The notes under the pieces were generated by a model. The model did not search any database. It saw only the letters and a list, made by a program, of their open reading frames with translations, and was not told the origin of the DNA. Below, one piece after another: positions 34,728 to 47,296 of a stretch of DNA of 64,000 nucleotides. Location: assembly GCA_964036045.1 (NCBI GenBank), contig OZ038378.1, positions 47,926,001 through 47,990,000 of the forward strand, given 5' to 3'. The position numbers were made by a program, and so were the translations under genes. Source of the stretch: Eutreptiella sp. 'Long Island Sound 2002' (Eukaryota > Protista > Euglenida). How positions within the stretch are numbered: position 1 is the first letter of the stretch; each line of letters opens with the position of its first letter.

Positions 34728-37044
34728 TTAAAGTCTGAAAAGCTCTCTCAAACTGGTGGGGACCTGCATCCTACTTCGTGAGCTGTGTGAAATCCTACGC
34801 GAAATTAGTTCCGCGAGTGCTGCGCGGTTTTCGCCCAGCGGTCGTTCTAGCACTAGGCACACTCGACTGAACAGGATCACTCGACGGGGGAGCAGAACTC
34901 GTGGTACACATTGAAACCCCTGCCCAGATGAGTCCAAAAGCACCTTCAACTTCTTTGGTTGGGGGGGCTGATTTGTCAAGTCACGCAGGGGCTGCGACGC
35001 AGATTCCTGGGTCAGGATGGGGTCTTCTATCGCATCAGCACGCACACAGTCAGCGCTAAGAGACTGGACACTCAGAGGCGCAATTCTATTAGGGTCCACT
35101 CCAACAGGCTGAGGTGGCACGGTTTCGGCTTTTACAGCGCGATTCTATCAGGCTCGACTCCAACAGGCTCACGTCGCACGGATTCGGCTCTTATAGGCTT
35201 GGTTCTATCAGGCCTGACTCTAACAGGCTCAGGTCGGACGGATTCGGCTCTTACAGGCTTGAGTCTATCAGGCTCGACTGTAACAGGCTCGGGTCGCACG
35301 GATTGGGCTCGTACGGGCTTTATTCTATGAGGCTCGACTCCAAAAGGCTCAGCTGTTACAGGCTCCATTCTATCAGGCTCGACTTTAAGAGACTCAGCTC
35401 TGATGGGTTGGGCTTGCACAGGCTGACCTCGCACACGCTCAGCTCGCACAGGGTCGGCTCTCACACGCTCAGGTCTGACACGGAGTTGCTCGAAATTAAC
35501 AGGCTCAGCTCGCATGGGCTCCGGTGCAAAATTCAAGGGTGGCAATGAGGGACTGGCAATACGAAGTAGACTGTAAGCAGACCTCTTTGCACTTGGGCGA
35601 GAACTGCAGGATGTCGCATTAGCATCTCTGAAATCATTGGGCAGCTGCAAGACAGCCGGCGGCGACTGATACATGGTAGGAAATTTTGACTGTGGCAGAG
35701 GAAGTGGAGAGAGAGAGGGAGGCTGTACCCAGTCATGGTACTGACCAATGGATTGAACAGCAGCAAGGTCGGCAGCACCAGTGACAACTGCAGCAGGAAA
35801 ATTCGAGTGTAGAGGCACGGGGGCAGCAAAAAAAGGAGGCTGTACCCAAGCATTGGACTGAGCAAATGATTGAACAGGAGGAAGGTGGGCAGCACTGACT
35901 ACACCTCCGGAAGCGCTAGGTAGCCCAACCATGGCGGCTGTGACTCTCATGCGGTGCTCCCCGTTCATTGAGTGGTAGACCCCTAGTATGTCATCTTTGC
36001 CACAACCTCAGAGCTGACAGCTTCGCACTCTTGACCCCTATTAGGAGCTGCTCTCTTTCCAACACTTCATTTGGAAAGTTCGCCCCAGCACTCCGAGAAA
36101 GAACCTTGACACCGAGCGCCGAACATTGTCTGCAGACAGTGCTTCAGCTATCGGTTCACCCTTCTTGTTGACCTGTTGCCACAACCAAGGATGTGGGTAA
36201 CCAAGAGGAACCAATTCAAGGTCCGCCAAATGACCACAAATGGCCGCAATTAGACAAGTTCGAGGATCAGACCCAGGCAGCATCCACTGTTCAAAGAAGG
36301 GCACATCCAAATTTGTTAGGGATGGCATGGCTTGCTTCAACTCAAAGAACTTTGGCCTGCATCCGTGCACTCTCATCGTCTCTGGTGGGTCCGGGAATGC
36401 TATTGTTGTCAAAAGACAATTCCTCACAGCACGCAGTGTGGATCTTTTGGACACCGGGATGAAGCGCGTGAGGTGTCGCGCAGGTACTGATGACCATTCT
36501 ATGGCTGCAACCAGCTGCAGCTCTTAGTGTCACTCACAGGAATGTTTTCCTTTTTCTCATTCTCCAAGTCCCACTATCGCCACCTCCTGCAAGCAGTCTT
36601 CTAGAAATCACAATATAGCGGCAGTTGGTACTCATTATTCACATAGAACTCCACAGACGGATTCGCCATGTTGAAGCCATGGAGCATTGCGTTCACATAG
36701 GGCCCGAGCGAGCGCAGAATCAGTGTGCACACGTTGATTTTGCCAAACTGGTCTCCGCTCGGATCCTCGACGGATGCAGTCAATGCCTCTTCTGCCTTGA
36801 GCAGCTCAGCCTTCTCTTCCTCACAGTCTTTCACAGCATCTGGCGAGAGTGCAAAGCGGGCCAGACACACCATCCAGTCATCAATGTCTTTGAACTCGGT
36901 TCCAACTGCCCTGGGTACCTTCACATACCCCATAGCAACCTTGTGGGCGGATCTCAAGCTGATGCTTTGCCTTGAGTCCCGGCCACCACCCTCCTTGATG
37001 AGCTCCGGCATGAAGCCTCCATACCCATCATCCTCATACTGCAC
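34728..37044 (-). pseudogene. Decayed ~750-aa ORF of unknown family with a pentapeptide-repeat region
   Basis: Protein-like segments 36601-37044, 36041-36454, 35132-35968 and 34728-35120 on one strand, joined by stops and frameshifts. Confidence 0.55.
35040..35520 (-). repeat. 15-bp coding minisatellite (VRAES/VRPEP/VxVEP/DRxxP pentapeptides)
   Basis: CAGGCT recurs with 15-bp period; the translation is EPVRAESVRPEPVRVRPDRTKPIRAESVRREPVGVEPDRI. Confidence 0.85.
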
Positions 37045-37330
37045 GTGGTCCCACGTCGAATCGTTCAGGCCACTGAGTCCTTTACGGAATGCCGCCGCAG
37101 CTGGTTGTTTGTCTATGCCCTTGCCATCAAATGCAAATCCTATTCAAAAGGGAATTAAATTCGCATTGGTGCTGCAATCTGCCGGTAGACTGCACCCTCC
37201 TGATGTGTTTAAGCCAAAAAGCCATGCCATTGGCATATTGCCGCAAACAAAAAGCCTGCATAGCGGCCGGCATTTTGTTTGCGCAATATGCCACCTGCAT
37301 GGCATATTTCATGTACAAAATTTTTTGCTG

Positions 37331-37413
37331 ACAACCCGTTTGACGTTCTCGGTTCCACAGGCCGAACGCCGTTTGACCTATAGCTATACTACATATATAT
37401 CTGTGTGTAACGG
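37331..37413 (+). repeat. 83-bp short dispersed element, copy 1
   Basis: ACAACCCGTTTGACGTTCTCGGTTCCACAGGCCGAA(C/G)GCCGTTTGACCTATAGCTATACTACATATATATCT; near-identical to 38087-38169. Confidence 0.85.
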
Positions 37414-37589
37414 CGTCAATCCGTTCACATCATTTCTCGCGATGGAACCTCCACTTACGTTCTAGGTAACAGCCTCAAGCAGTATAATGCAGATAAGCTG
37501 GCTTTTTTCTTACAGAAACGCCATGAAGGTGTAAGGAGAAGGTAGCGCAGCGAGATGCAACAATATTTGCTGCTCCTGATCGTTGTGGC

Positions 37590-37784
37590 TTGTTGTTCTA
37601 CCCCACTCCTAAGAAGTTAACTATAGATGTCTTGAAGGGTGCCATTAAAGCGATCAAGGCCTCTTCCACATTTCAGTATGCAGGTCTAAGGGTGGGAGGG
37701 AACCGTGCCTCTTTCTTGGACCAAACTGAGGCCGTCCTTGAACCTTATGAAGCCCAAGACCTATCTTTTGTTTACAAAGCATGA
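37590..37784 (+). pseudogene. Short ORF with SAP-like helix-extended-helix pattern
   Basis: KKLTIDVLKGAIKAIK...GLRVGGNRASFLDQTEAVL resembles the SAP consensus LTVxxLKxxL...GLxVSGxKAxLxxR. Further decayed plus-strand frames follow to ~39010. Confidence 0.3.
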
Positions 37785-38018
37785 TTTCAATGCCTTTATT
37801 GAATTGCCGTGTGGTGCTATATGCTTCTGCCAATGCAACTTGTGGTCTAGGGGACGTTTTGAACAGGTGCAGAGCAACTGTAGGAGACACCCGGGGGGCT
37901 CGGGGTGGTCCAAAATGAACCGTGATTTCCCTTACGCGACTTACTTCGCGTACTTTGCCCTATCCATTCGATGGATGTGAGGACCCTCCGCGTTGAACGG
38001 CGTACCGGATATATACGC

Positions 38019-38237
38019 GTAGCCCGAGTTGTGAGCCGTCAAATTTTCGGCCCCATTAGGCAGCGGTTGGACAAGCTGACCATTAGACAACCCGTTTGAC
38101 GTTCTCGGTTCCACAGGCCGAAGGCCGTTTGACCTATAGCTATACTACATATATATCTCTGTGTAATGGGTAGCCTGAGTTGTCAGCCGTCAAATTTTTG
38201 GCCTCATTAGGCAGCGGTTGGACAAGCTGACCATTAG
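38019..38237 (+). repeat. 83-bp element (38087-38169) flanked by 68-bp direct repeats (38019-38086, 38170-38237)
   Basis: GTAGCC.GAGTTGT.AGCCGTCAAATTTT.GGCC.CATTAGGCAGCGGTTGGACAAGCTGACCATTAG occurs on both sides. Confidence 0.88.
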
Positions 38238-39716
38238 GCCCACAAGAACATGCTGATCTCTGCAACTTTGAAGAGCTCTTGCAGGGCAATGGAAATATAC
38301 TTTGTTTTCCCAATTAGAGTGCCCCTATCGCACCGCGCACCACAGGACACCACGTGCTTTAGTACAGGCATTAGTTAGTCAGTCGCAGAGGAGTTACATT
38401 ACCCATTCATCAGACCATTCCCCCTTGATGAAACCGGACACCACCCCTCTGATCTGCCCGTGCACCCTGCAAGATTTCGTGATAATATCATTGGTCTGAA
38501 GAGGATGACGACACCCCTGTCAGCCATCCAGGCAAACCTTGAGTGTATGTATGCCCTCGATCTGCAGATAGAAGGTGAAGGTGACTCCCTGAAAACCTTA
38601 GAAGGCCCCCTGTCACTCGAGGAGCACACTCCGCGACCATATATCAGGATATCCAGGCCCCCACGCGTCGACACCACAACCCCGATTGAACGGGCCAAGC
38701 TGCGCTACCCCACTGTGCACGCTGCCGCTGCACGAAAAATCGTGCGAGGCCTGGTACCACTAGAGGTGAAAAAAAACCTGTTTTATCGGGAAAGCCCCCC
38801 TGACGGCATGACGAACACCCTGGACACTGTGGCTTCCATCAAATGAAAGGGATACACAAACTGTTGATGGGAACCCCTACTCTGGTACCGAGTCGCTAAG
38901 TATGGCGGTCCCCTGGAGGCCTTACGGGCGGCACTGTCCGCGATGACAGCCCCTGGATGTAACGACAACCCAAGCATGCTAGATACCGTTCTGAAGTGAC
39001 CCGACCCAACACCAAGACCCAAAAAAAACAGGGGCCAACGGCCCTGCCATTATGGGAAACCAGGGATTGGTGAGGGACAATGTTTAGTGAAAGCAAAAGC
39101 CGAAAAACACCTCACCTTCATGTACTGTTTGTGCTGCTCAGAGTTGTCTTCCACTGGAGCTTTGTTGCACTGCTTTTGTACTGGCTGCACCGTGGATCAA
39201 GCTGAAAGGTTTTGCTGAGGGTCTGCATATAGGAGAAAAGATAGCAATTTATCCCCCCCACCCCCCCTGCACAAGCACTGCTTACTCCGTTCAACATTTC
39301 GAAACTACATTGATCACATTGGAGCTTGAAGAACTTGACGCCCAGCCGCCACGCTCAACAAGCCATAAAGCTGGGCCCAACACAAGAGAACAGGGTCCGA
39401 TAGTCGACTACCTTTGACAGCTCCGTTGCGCCAAACAATCTCCATAGTTCCACCCACAAAGACTGACCACATCTCACAATTGGTTGGGGCCATGGATTGC
39501 CTCGAGGAATTAAGAGTCATAGACATCACCCTTTGGTCAAAATTTGAAAGTATTTTGTCGCATTAAAGCTGACTAACCTGCATAATCATCCACCCCTCTC
39601 CATGAGCTCTAAAGATGGGCCTAGCACAAGCGAAGAGGGGAGGATAGTCACACCCTTTAGGCCGATCCAATGTACCAACACATCTTAAAAGTTCCACCTG
39701 AGAAAGCCGCTAATTC

Positions 39717-39856
39717 ATAAGTGTTCCACGCAGTGCATAGCATGGAGCACTTATTATATCCAATATCCGCGGCCTGTGGTAGATTGCGCGCCCAATGTGA
39801 CGGCCGATAGGCCGGCACATTGGGAGCGCGCAATCTATCACAGGCTGCGGATATTG
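39717..39856 (+). other. Two adjacent long hairpins (39717-39754; 39761-39856)
   Basis: The second is a ~45-bp stem, CAATATCCGCGGCCTGTGGTAGATTGCGCGCCCAATGTGACGGCC-GATA-GGCCGGCACATTGGGAGCGCGCAATCTATCACAGGCTGCGGATATTG. Confidence 0.85.
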
Positions 39857-40755
39857 CCTAAATGTGATAGGGGTTTTACTGCACAAATGAATTCTAGTCC
39901 ACAGCGCTTTTCTTTTTGCTATTTGAGGCTTTGTGCCACAAATTGTGGCATGTCAAAGGCGCAAACCAAGATACTGAAGTTATTTTTCGCGTTGAAATAT
40001 GGATACTCCCAATAAAAGCCTTTTGGCCTCTTTTGATGCGAAATGGAATTCCTAAGTTATTAGGGTCCATTTTTTTTTCCGGAACGTGGACAAGTTCTCA
40101 CCGGCACCCTCGAGTGAGAATGAGGGAGTGTTGCCCAAATTACCTTTTAAGTTGTTGATGTCGTCCAACGCACCACGCAAGCGAACGCTTCTGAGTCTTG
40201 CTTATCATTTTGGCGCAACTCATGGAATACGCCACCAATTGCTGATTGCTTGCTGGATCGCTGCTTGCTTGCTGGATCGGGATTTAGCCATTTGATGCAT
40301 TGCCGACTTTGTGTGCGCCCTGCTTCCATAACCGTTGTACCACGAATGTACATGTGCTCACATACACACACCATACACACACCGTGAACCGCAGGTTACA
40401 TAGGTCCATAGACGTAGCGATGGACGGCAACACTGTGCCGAAACAAATTGTAGAAACCAGTAGCTAGCAACCAAGGATAGTGAAATAGTGGGCACTGGGC
40501 CCTGTAAGCTATTCGCGCTTGCAGGTCATGATCAGATTGCTGGTTGTCCCTTCCCTCTGCCCATGCCTCCACCTCCACGTGCCCTGATTAGGTTCAATTG
40601 GTCAGAATTGGTTTCATTTGGTTGCACTTGTCCCTCCCTCCCTCCAGCAGGCCATCATTCAAGTGGAATTCCTTCAAATGGTTTGATTTGGTCCATCCCT
40701 CCCTCCACCATGCTTACTTTTGCCATCCTTGAAATGGAACCGGTTCTATACAAAA

Positions 40756-42197
40756 ATCGTGCCAATGCCACGGATATCTGCGGATATCCCGGGTCAATGC
40801 CACGGATATCGACCGGAGGGAGATATCCGTGGCATTGACCCGGGATATCCGCAGATATCCGTGGCAGTTGGCACGATTCTTATATCCGTGGCATAGGGGC
40901 CCGAGGATATCGGCAGATATCCGTGGCATTGACCCGGGATCCTTGCGCGCAACCCTTCCCTGGCCCTTGATGCCTCACCAATTGGAGTAGAACAAATCCG
41001 AAACGTGTTTTCTCTCACGGGTACGAGGTGTGATTTGTCTCAAACCGGGACAATCTTTTGTGTGTTGTGTTGCCAATGGCGCTCCACCGTCGCAGTTTGT
41101 GATGAGTGCAAGGAGCACTATTGTAATGAATGTATTGACACCCACACTTGTGGGACCAATGTTGTTTGTTAAGTACACTACAAATGACATTTGGAGTGGT
41201 TGAAATCACAGATCCTGCTTTATTTTGCAACGTGCTTTGTAGGGAAGGTGTGCAGTGCAATGTGGTCTACTTGGGGGGCTTCTCCATGAGAGGGTAAATC
41301 TGGGGCTGAAGTCGGGATAGTTAATAGAAAAGTAGCGCGCCGGGCGCGCGCCGGGCAAACATTCCCCCTATGATCGAAAGGGTGTTTCGTGGTTGTTGAG
41401 TGGTTTGGCTGGCGCAACGCATGGGACACACAGCAGTCAACTTAGGGGTGCATGGTGCGTTGTGCGCACTTTTCATTTCACACATTGTGTATGTTAGCCT
41501 CAGTCCAGTTAAAGTAGAGAAGAAACGGAAGGACCGGACACCTTCTCCATCCTCTACGAAGATGATCATTGATCTAACTGCGGAAGAGGAGTATGAAACC
41601 TTCCCGTTGACACAATTGAGTGAGAAAGAGCCTGTACGTGAGCTAATGAGAAGGAGAGCATTGTATATGAACGTGAGATGTACTGTTCTCGTGCATGGGC
41701 CGCCCCAGCAACACCTGCCAAGGCCCCAATAAGTCAAGATTTGTTGGGCATTCCATCTCCTTTTGCCCAGGCTGCATTTGAGAAAAACCCCAAAAAAAGG
41801 TGAAAAGGGAAGTCTAGGTGAAAAAGGAAATGCAATGCTAACGTTGTGACGAAGCAATTAAGAAGAATGCAGTTGGCACCCAAAGACCGGTCACGCCTTC
41901 TCTTCCTTAGGAGAAGCAGGCATAGCAATAGCAGCATTAGGAGGTTCCGCTTTCACCTTCCTCCTTTTTATGGTACCGCGAAAGAATCTCAGCGGCCTTT
42001 TCAACCCTATCCTTGTCTTTGCGGTGACCCAGGTGATTGGATTGTTGGCGGCGATTAATTTACTTTTTTCATGACTTACCCTGCGACGGGATATCCGCAG
42101 ATATCCGTGGCATTGACCCGGGATATCACCGCTGCTATATCCCGGGTCAATGCCACGGATATCTGCCGATATCCTCGGGCCCATGCCACGGATATAA
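40756..42197. mobile_element. Non-autonomous DNA-transposon-like element with GCCACGGATATC motif arrays at both ends
   Basis: Nine copies of the motif. There is a 55-bp stem at 40756-40878 (11-nt loop), and 40880-40940 is an inverted repeat of 42139-42197. Confidence 0.6.
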
Positions 42198-42291
42198 ATG
42201 GTTGATTTGAATGATTGATCAGATTGGTGTCACATTGGGCGGTACATTTGGAAGGCAATGTACCGGTACATTTAGGACCCCTATCACATTT

Positions 42292-42700
42292 AAATCATAG
42301 ACAATCCACTTCGCTGAACATCAGAAAATAGTTTGTCGCGTGACATCCCTCAAAATTGTACAAGTATCCAGCTCTCTTCACAATTGGGCCGGCACAAGAG
42401 AAGAGGGGCGGATAGTCACACCCTTTTGGCATATCCAATGTGCCAAAACATCTCAAAAAATTGAACTAAAACAACCGCCAACTCAGGAGTGTTCAACGCA
42501 ATGCATACTGTGGAGCGGTTATAAATCATAGACACTCCACTTGGCTGAATATCGGAAAAAAATTTGTCGCATGACATCCCTCAAAATCGTACGAGTACCC
42601 AGCCCTCTTCACAATGGGGCCAGCGCAAGAGAAGAAGGGCCGTATAGGAACCCTTTGGCGGGTAAACATGCCAAAACATCTTCAAACTTGGATGTAAACA
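42292..42700 (+). repeat. Two ~231-bp tandem units; a third diverged copy at ~39513-39700
   Basis: AAATCATAGACA.TCCACTT.GCTGAA...TTTGTCGC.TGACATCCCTCAAAAT at 42292 and 42523; GAAGAGGGG.GGATAGTCACACCCTTT is shared with 39632. Confidence 0.75.
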
Positions 42701-45598
42701 AAATTGTCCCCACCTCGCCATTGCTCCGGGCATTGCATTGCGTGGTACGTACCCCTTTGCATGAGCACGGCACATGCATGTAGGATGGGAGGACCAACAA
42801 GACGAACAACAACGCCTAACTTGGAGAGAACTTATGCACATTTTTCACAAAGCAGCCACATGGTGTTTAAGGTCACCCGGTGTCACGCCCACGGTCTGCA
42901 TATTGACGTCCCTTTTCTTTGCTTGTGCTCTTGTGTGCGTGCTTACGAGTGTATATTCCCTAGACCAAACCCCTTATGAACAAAACGCACATCAAGGTCG
43001 TGAATGGGCCCCTCTTTCCCTCTACAATCGCGTCGCAGACACCCAATCCTACATTCAGGACCACAAAAAGCAGCTGTCAAAAAAAATCCTGAAAACAGGG
43101 GTTGAACGCCCACACTGTGCTTGGACAGGTTGAACGCCCACACTGTGCTTTGACAAGCCCATGCTTGCACAAAGGGGGGGGGGGTGCTATACCCTTATTA
43201 CAGGAACACGGTGGCCTACAATGCCCCATAAAGAAGCCACACACAAGTCGCCCTGGGCTGCAACAAAAGTGTTGCTATCCAAACACAGGAATTGGGCACC
43301 AAATGGTGCTGTTCAGTGCTGTGTTCAGACATGTGCCATAGAAACAGTCGCAGGTTGGGTGGGTCGGCCGTCATCTTTCAAACATAGAAACACAATTGAC
43401 ACACAGACGAGCACATGTCATACACTTGTGAGTGCAAATACCTGCACGGACCAAACTTGAGTTTGCCTTGGGCAAACCTCAGATGCCCTTAGTGCGGTGT
43501 GCGTGAGTGCAACTATTTGGGCGCCTGGCCATACTAGAAACCCAAATTTTGTGATATTAGGGGCACCCTTGTTGTTTGACACGAGGTTTTTGATGCTTCT
43601 TCTACATTGGGGATATGGGGATTTGAGTTTTCACCCAATTTCATCCATTTTCACCTATTTTCACCCCTTTTCACACATTTTTTGTTCATTTTCGCTGCAT
43701 GTTGCCTGCTTTCTGCCCACTATGTCTATATGTCGGTGTGGGATGCTCTGATCTCAAGATTCAGCACACCCACGGGGATACCAGCGTACCTGGACCCCAA
43801 ACTGGGGTGGTGGTTGCTCCCAAGGGGCCATCTTATGTATTTTCACCTTAGGAGGCACCGGATAGGGTAAGACGGGGCGCAGAAGGAGAAAACAAAAATA
43901 CCATTTGTTGCCCACAACCGCATTTTTGCAACATTCCTTGGTACCATCGTTCTACGCCAGTCCCGCACAAACGCACCAGTCCCGCACAAACGCACCGCAC
44001 ACACCACCTGCGAGGCACTCTCTATGCCATTCATGCCAGTTACATCAAGTTGTGGGAATTTGGGACATTTTGCCCCAAATGTCCCGTTCAAAAATGTTGA
44101 ATCTTGATATTTTTGATGTTTGATGTTACATCTTCCGAGCGGCAGGTGGCAATTTAGGCAATGCACCAAGTTGGAAGCACCGTAGTGTGTGCTTGGGCAC
44201 AGAGAAGAATCACGTTGATTTTCGCTTGATGCTGTAAATGCACAAAATGAAATGGTGAAGGCAACTAGGCACACAGAGACAAGTTTCCAATCATGCAGCA
44301 GCGTTGATTGCCAGCAGTTGACAGTGCACCGCCGGCCATTCCTGATTCACCGCTCTGGGCTGTCCCGAAGGGGCCATCCTGAGGAGCTGCGCCTAGCCGC
44401 GGCTGGGTGGCTGGGAGGCTTTGGAAACCCCCCCCCCCTGGCTGGCTGGCTGGCTGGCTGGCGCGCCCCCGGAAAACAGCCAAAATACGTAGTGCACCAT
44501 TGTACCGCCTCTTCTCACGCATGGTATGGGTATGGGGATGGGTTTGCAAGGGTGGGGGGGGGTCGGCCACCTTTCAAGAACACCCTTACCTCATACTCCA
44601 AGTTGCCTTGCCTTCAGAACCTCCCATAAAGACCAAAAACACAAAACATAGAATCACCGCATTAGACGTATGTTCAACTGCAAATGTTGTTGTTACCGAT
44701 GTAAACCTCAGAGTACACAACTGTCCTCAATCTGAAATATACACCATCCACACAATTTTACAACACACTCCATGGATCGGTGACATCATCTTCTCTTGAG
44801 ATCTTGAGAGCAAGGGCGGTGAGGCAAACATGCATGTACAAAGCAATGGTGGTTGGCTAGGTGGCTGGCTAGGTGGCTGGCTGGCTGGCTGGCTGGCGCT
44901 GGCCGGCCGGTCGGCCGAAACCCCCCCTCCCCTGGCTGGCGCAGCTCCTGAGTGAGAAACAAATGTTGCTGCTACAGGTCTGCTCTAGTCTGGGATGTCT
45001 GTCATGTCATGTCTGGGGCACCGTTCACCAGAGTACACCAAAGTAACAACCGATCAGCACAAGTCGTTGGTGGCGGAGAAGCACAGGACAGTAGTAGGTT
45101 GCCAGGTCATTCTTGTGTCTCCCCAAAGTTGTGGAGGCTCTCATCGGGGGACTCTATGTGGCCCATGCTGGCCCCTTGTCTTTTTGATGTTTCCTTTGCT
45201 TGGTGCACGCCGCCCTAGCGATAGCTGCTAGAGTTTTCCGAGCTTTGGTGAGGGGTGCAGCAGTGGATACGTCGGGTATAGCTGTCATAGATCTCCTAAA
45301 GTCTGGCAATGCAGCCTCAGCCTAGGCAAGCAAATTGACTAAAGTGACTCCAAATCCCCTGTGTAAATCAGTTTGAGCGACTTTGGGGGTAGTCCGTGGA
45401 GCAGATCTTGGGCTCGGGGCTTGTAGCCCAGACCACCACCCCCGCCCGCCCGTCCCGCATGTACACGTGGCGCGCCCCTTTGCTTGCAGGTGTTTGTGCA
45501 GCCATTCCGCTCCGCGAAGGTGCTAACGGACCACTTGGTGGACGCACGCGCCGCGGTCCCCTCCTCCAACACCCGCGTGGTCACCGCGCCCCCACACC

Positions 45599-45805
45599 AT
45601 GACTGAGTACTGGAAGAGCGTGCCCATGTGGCGGTGTCCGTACTGCAAGTGCAACATCCAGGACACCGCCGCGGCCCGCAAGTTCCACGAGAGCGGCAAG
45701 CGCCACAAGGAGGCGGTTGAACAGTACATGCTTGAGATGAGGGTCAAGAACTACCAGCGGCAGATGGCTCGCGACGAAGTGGAGGACGAGCTGAAGAAAA
45801 TTGAG
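45599..45805 (+). CDS. WBP4: WBP4/FBP21 (ZOP1-like) spliceosomal U1-type zinc-finger protein, exon 1
   Basis: MTEYWKSVPMWRCPYCKCNIQDTAAARKFHESGKRHKEAV matches the WBP4/ZOP1 N-terminal C2H2 (M.DYWKS....CxxCK..I......H..G..HK..V). It ends at GAG|GTCTGC. Confidence 0.85.
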
Positions 45806-47296
45806 GTCTGCTCCCCAACCTCCGGTGCCCCCCCCGCCCCCCCAGCCTGTAGTTTCACAAGCACCTGCAGTTTTGCCGCGGGGGGGGGCAGGGGGGGGTG
45901 AGAATACAGCCACAGTGACAGTCACAGGTACCTACCCCCCCTCTTGCCCTAACACACGCTTGGCGGCGCCTCCAGCGCCGTATTCATGATGACAAACTGA
46001 GAATGTTTCCGGGGTGATTCCGGAGGGTGACAACCATCGTCGTTTTATGGCCTAACACGGGCTTGGCCCAACACGGTGACCCTGTGTTTCCGCACTGTTG
46101 GGCTCTTCTTGGAACCATTGTTTTTGCGGTTCCAATCCAATAGAGGGTGCAGGAAGGGTCCATATGGGTGTCAAAGTGTTGCTGTAACTGTAATTCCATG
46201 TGCTCTTGTGTTCTGGGGTGTATGCTGGCCTGTTGGGCACCCTTTCATAGTCATGAAGGGGTAGGGTTGGCTTATGTCTGCAACATTTGTTCCATGGTGT
46301 GTGCCACGCGGTAACACAGACCTGTCCAAACATGGCGACCCTGTGTTTCCGCAGTTTGGCCCCCTGAACCAGAACCTGTCGGGACAGGCAGGGGCAGGGG
46401 GGGGGGTCACAGTCACAGCTGCAGCAGGTAGATTGCAGCATGCAGATTTTCCCTCCCTCCAACTTGATGTTCTTTTGCGTCTGCCTTGGACTCAGAGGGC
46501 ACGTGGCGATGTTACCTGGCCGATTCATGGGTCGGATGCAAATTGGTGTATGGTGTGTCTTCAGCATGAATTTTATTCTGCATATGGGCAAGGGGCGGGG
46601 GGGGGGGGTAGGGACAGGGCAGGGCGAACCACGCAACCCCCCCCCCAACGCCCGCCTGATTTGATTTTGGCTGTGCCTATCCGTACTTCGAGGGGGGGGG
46701 TCAATAAGACGAGATTGAACAATACTGTTGCATTAGCCCAGCAGCAGGGCACTCGGACTGAACAATTTGGTTGCTGCAGCCTGTTGTGAACCTCACAGTT
46801 TGAGCAGAGATTGAAATGCATCATGGCCCACGCCCACCTATGGGGGGGGCAGCTGACACGGCACGCGCAGCGTGGTCATTAGGCGACATCCATTGGAAAG
46901 GTGTTGTGTTCTCGTTTGAAGTTGTCCTCTGGCGCCAAGCACCTCTGCGGATGTACTTATTTGAGACCGCAAAGGGCCGGAACCGGCCAAGGGCCATTTC
47001 AAAGATTGTGAAGTGGGTGCCGATTGTATTGTGCTCTTGATTGTGCCATGTTTTTTGGGAAGGAGGGGTGTTTAGACAATTGTTGTGGGCAAAGGGTTTG
47101 CTCTCTTGAGGGACCATTTTGGGAGGGGTCAAAAAATCAGGATGTTCCGGGTGTACTTGCCGCAAAAGGAGCGTGCCGTGCGCGCATGGCGCAAGTACTC
47201 CCCCACAACTTTGCTGACCTGACCTTAATTCGCCTTTCCCCCCCCGCCTCCACACCCACGCCCCCCGAGGTGTCTCTGAGACATGTTGTTGCGCAG
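45806..47296 (+). other. Phase-0 GT-AG intron of WBP4 (1491 bp)
   Basis: GT donor at 45806 and TTGCGCAG acceptor at 47296. Splicing gives ELKKIE|AAALKSY, matching the family motif (M/I)EAAALKAY. Confidence 0.8.

Noticed and set aside
39120-40590. Possible minus-strand host exons (GTAAGC/GTGAGG donor-like sites, protein-like stretches)
   Set aside because: No consistent spliced frame or recognisable domain could be assembled by eye.
47024-47296. N-terminal part of the 386-aa ORF as coding sequence
   Set aside because: It lies upstream of the splice acceptor that restores the WBP4 motif, so it is treated as intron.
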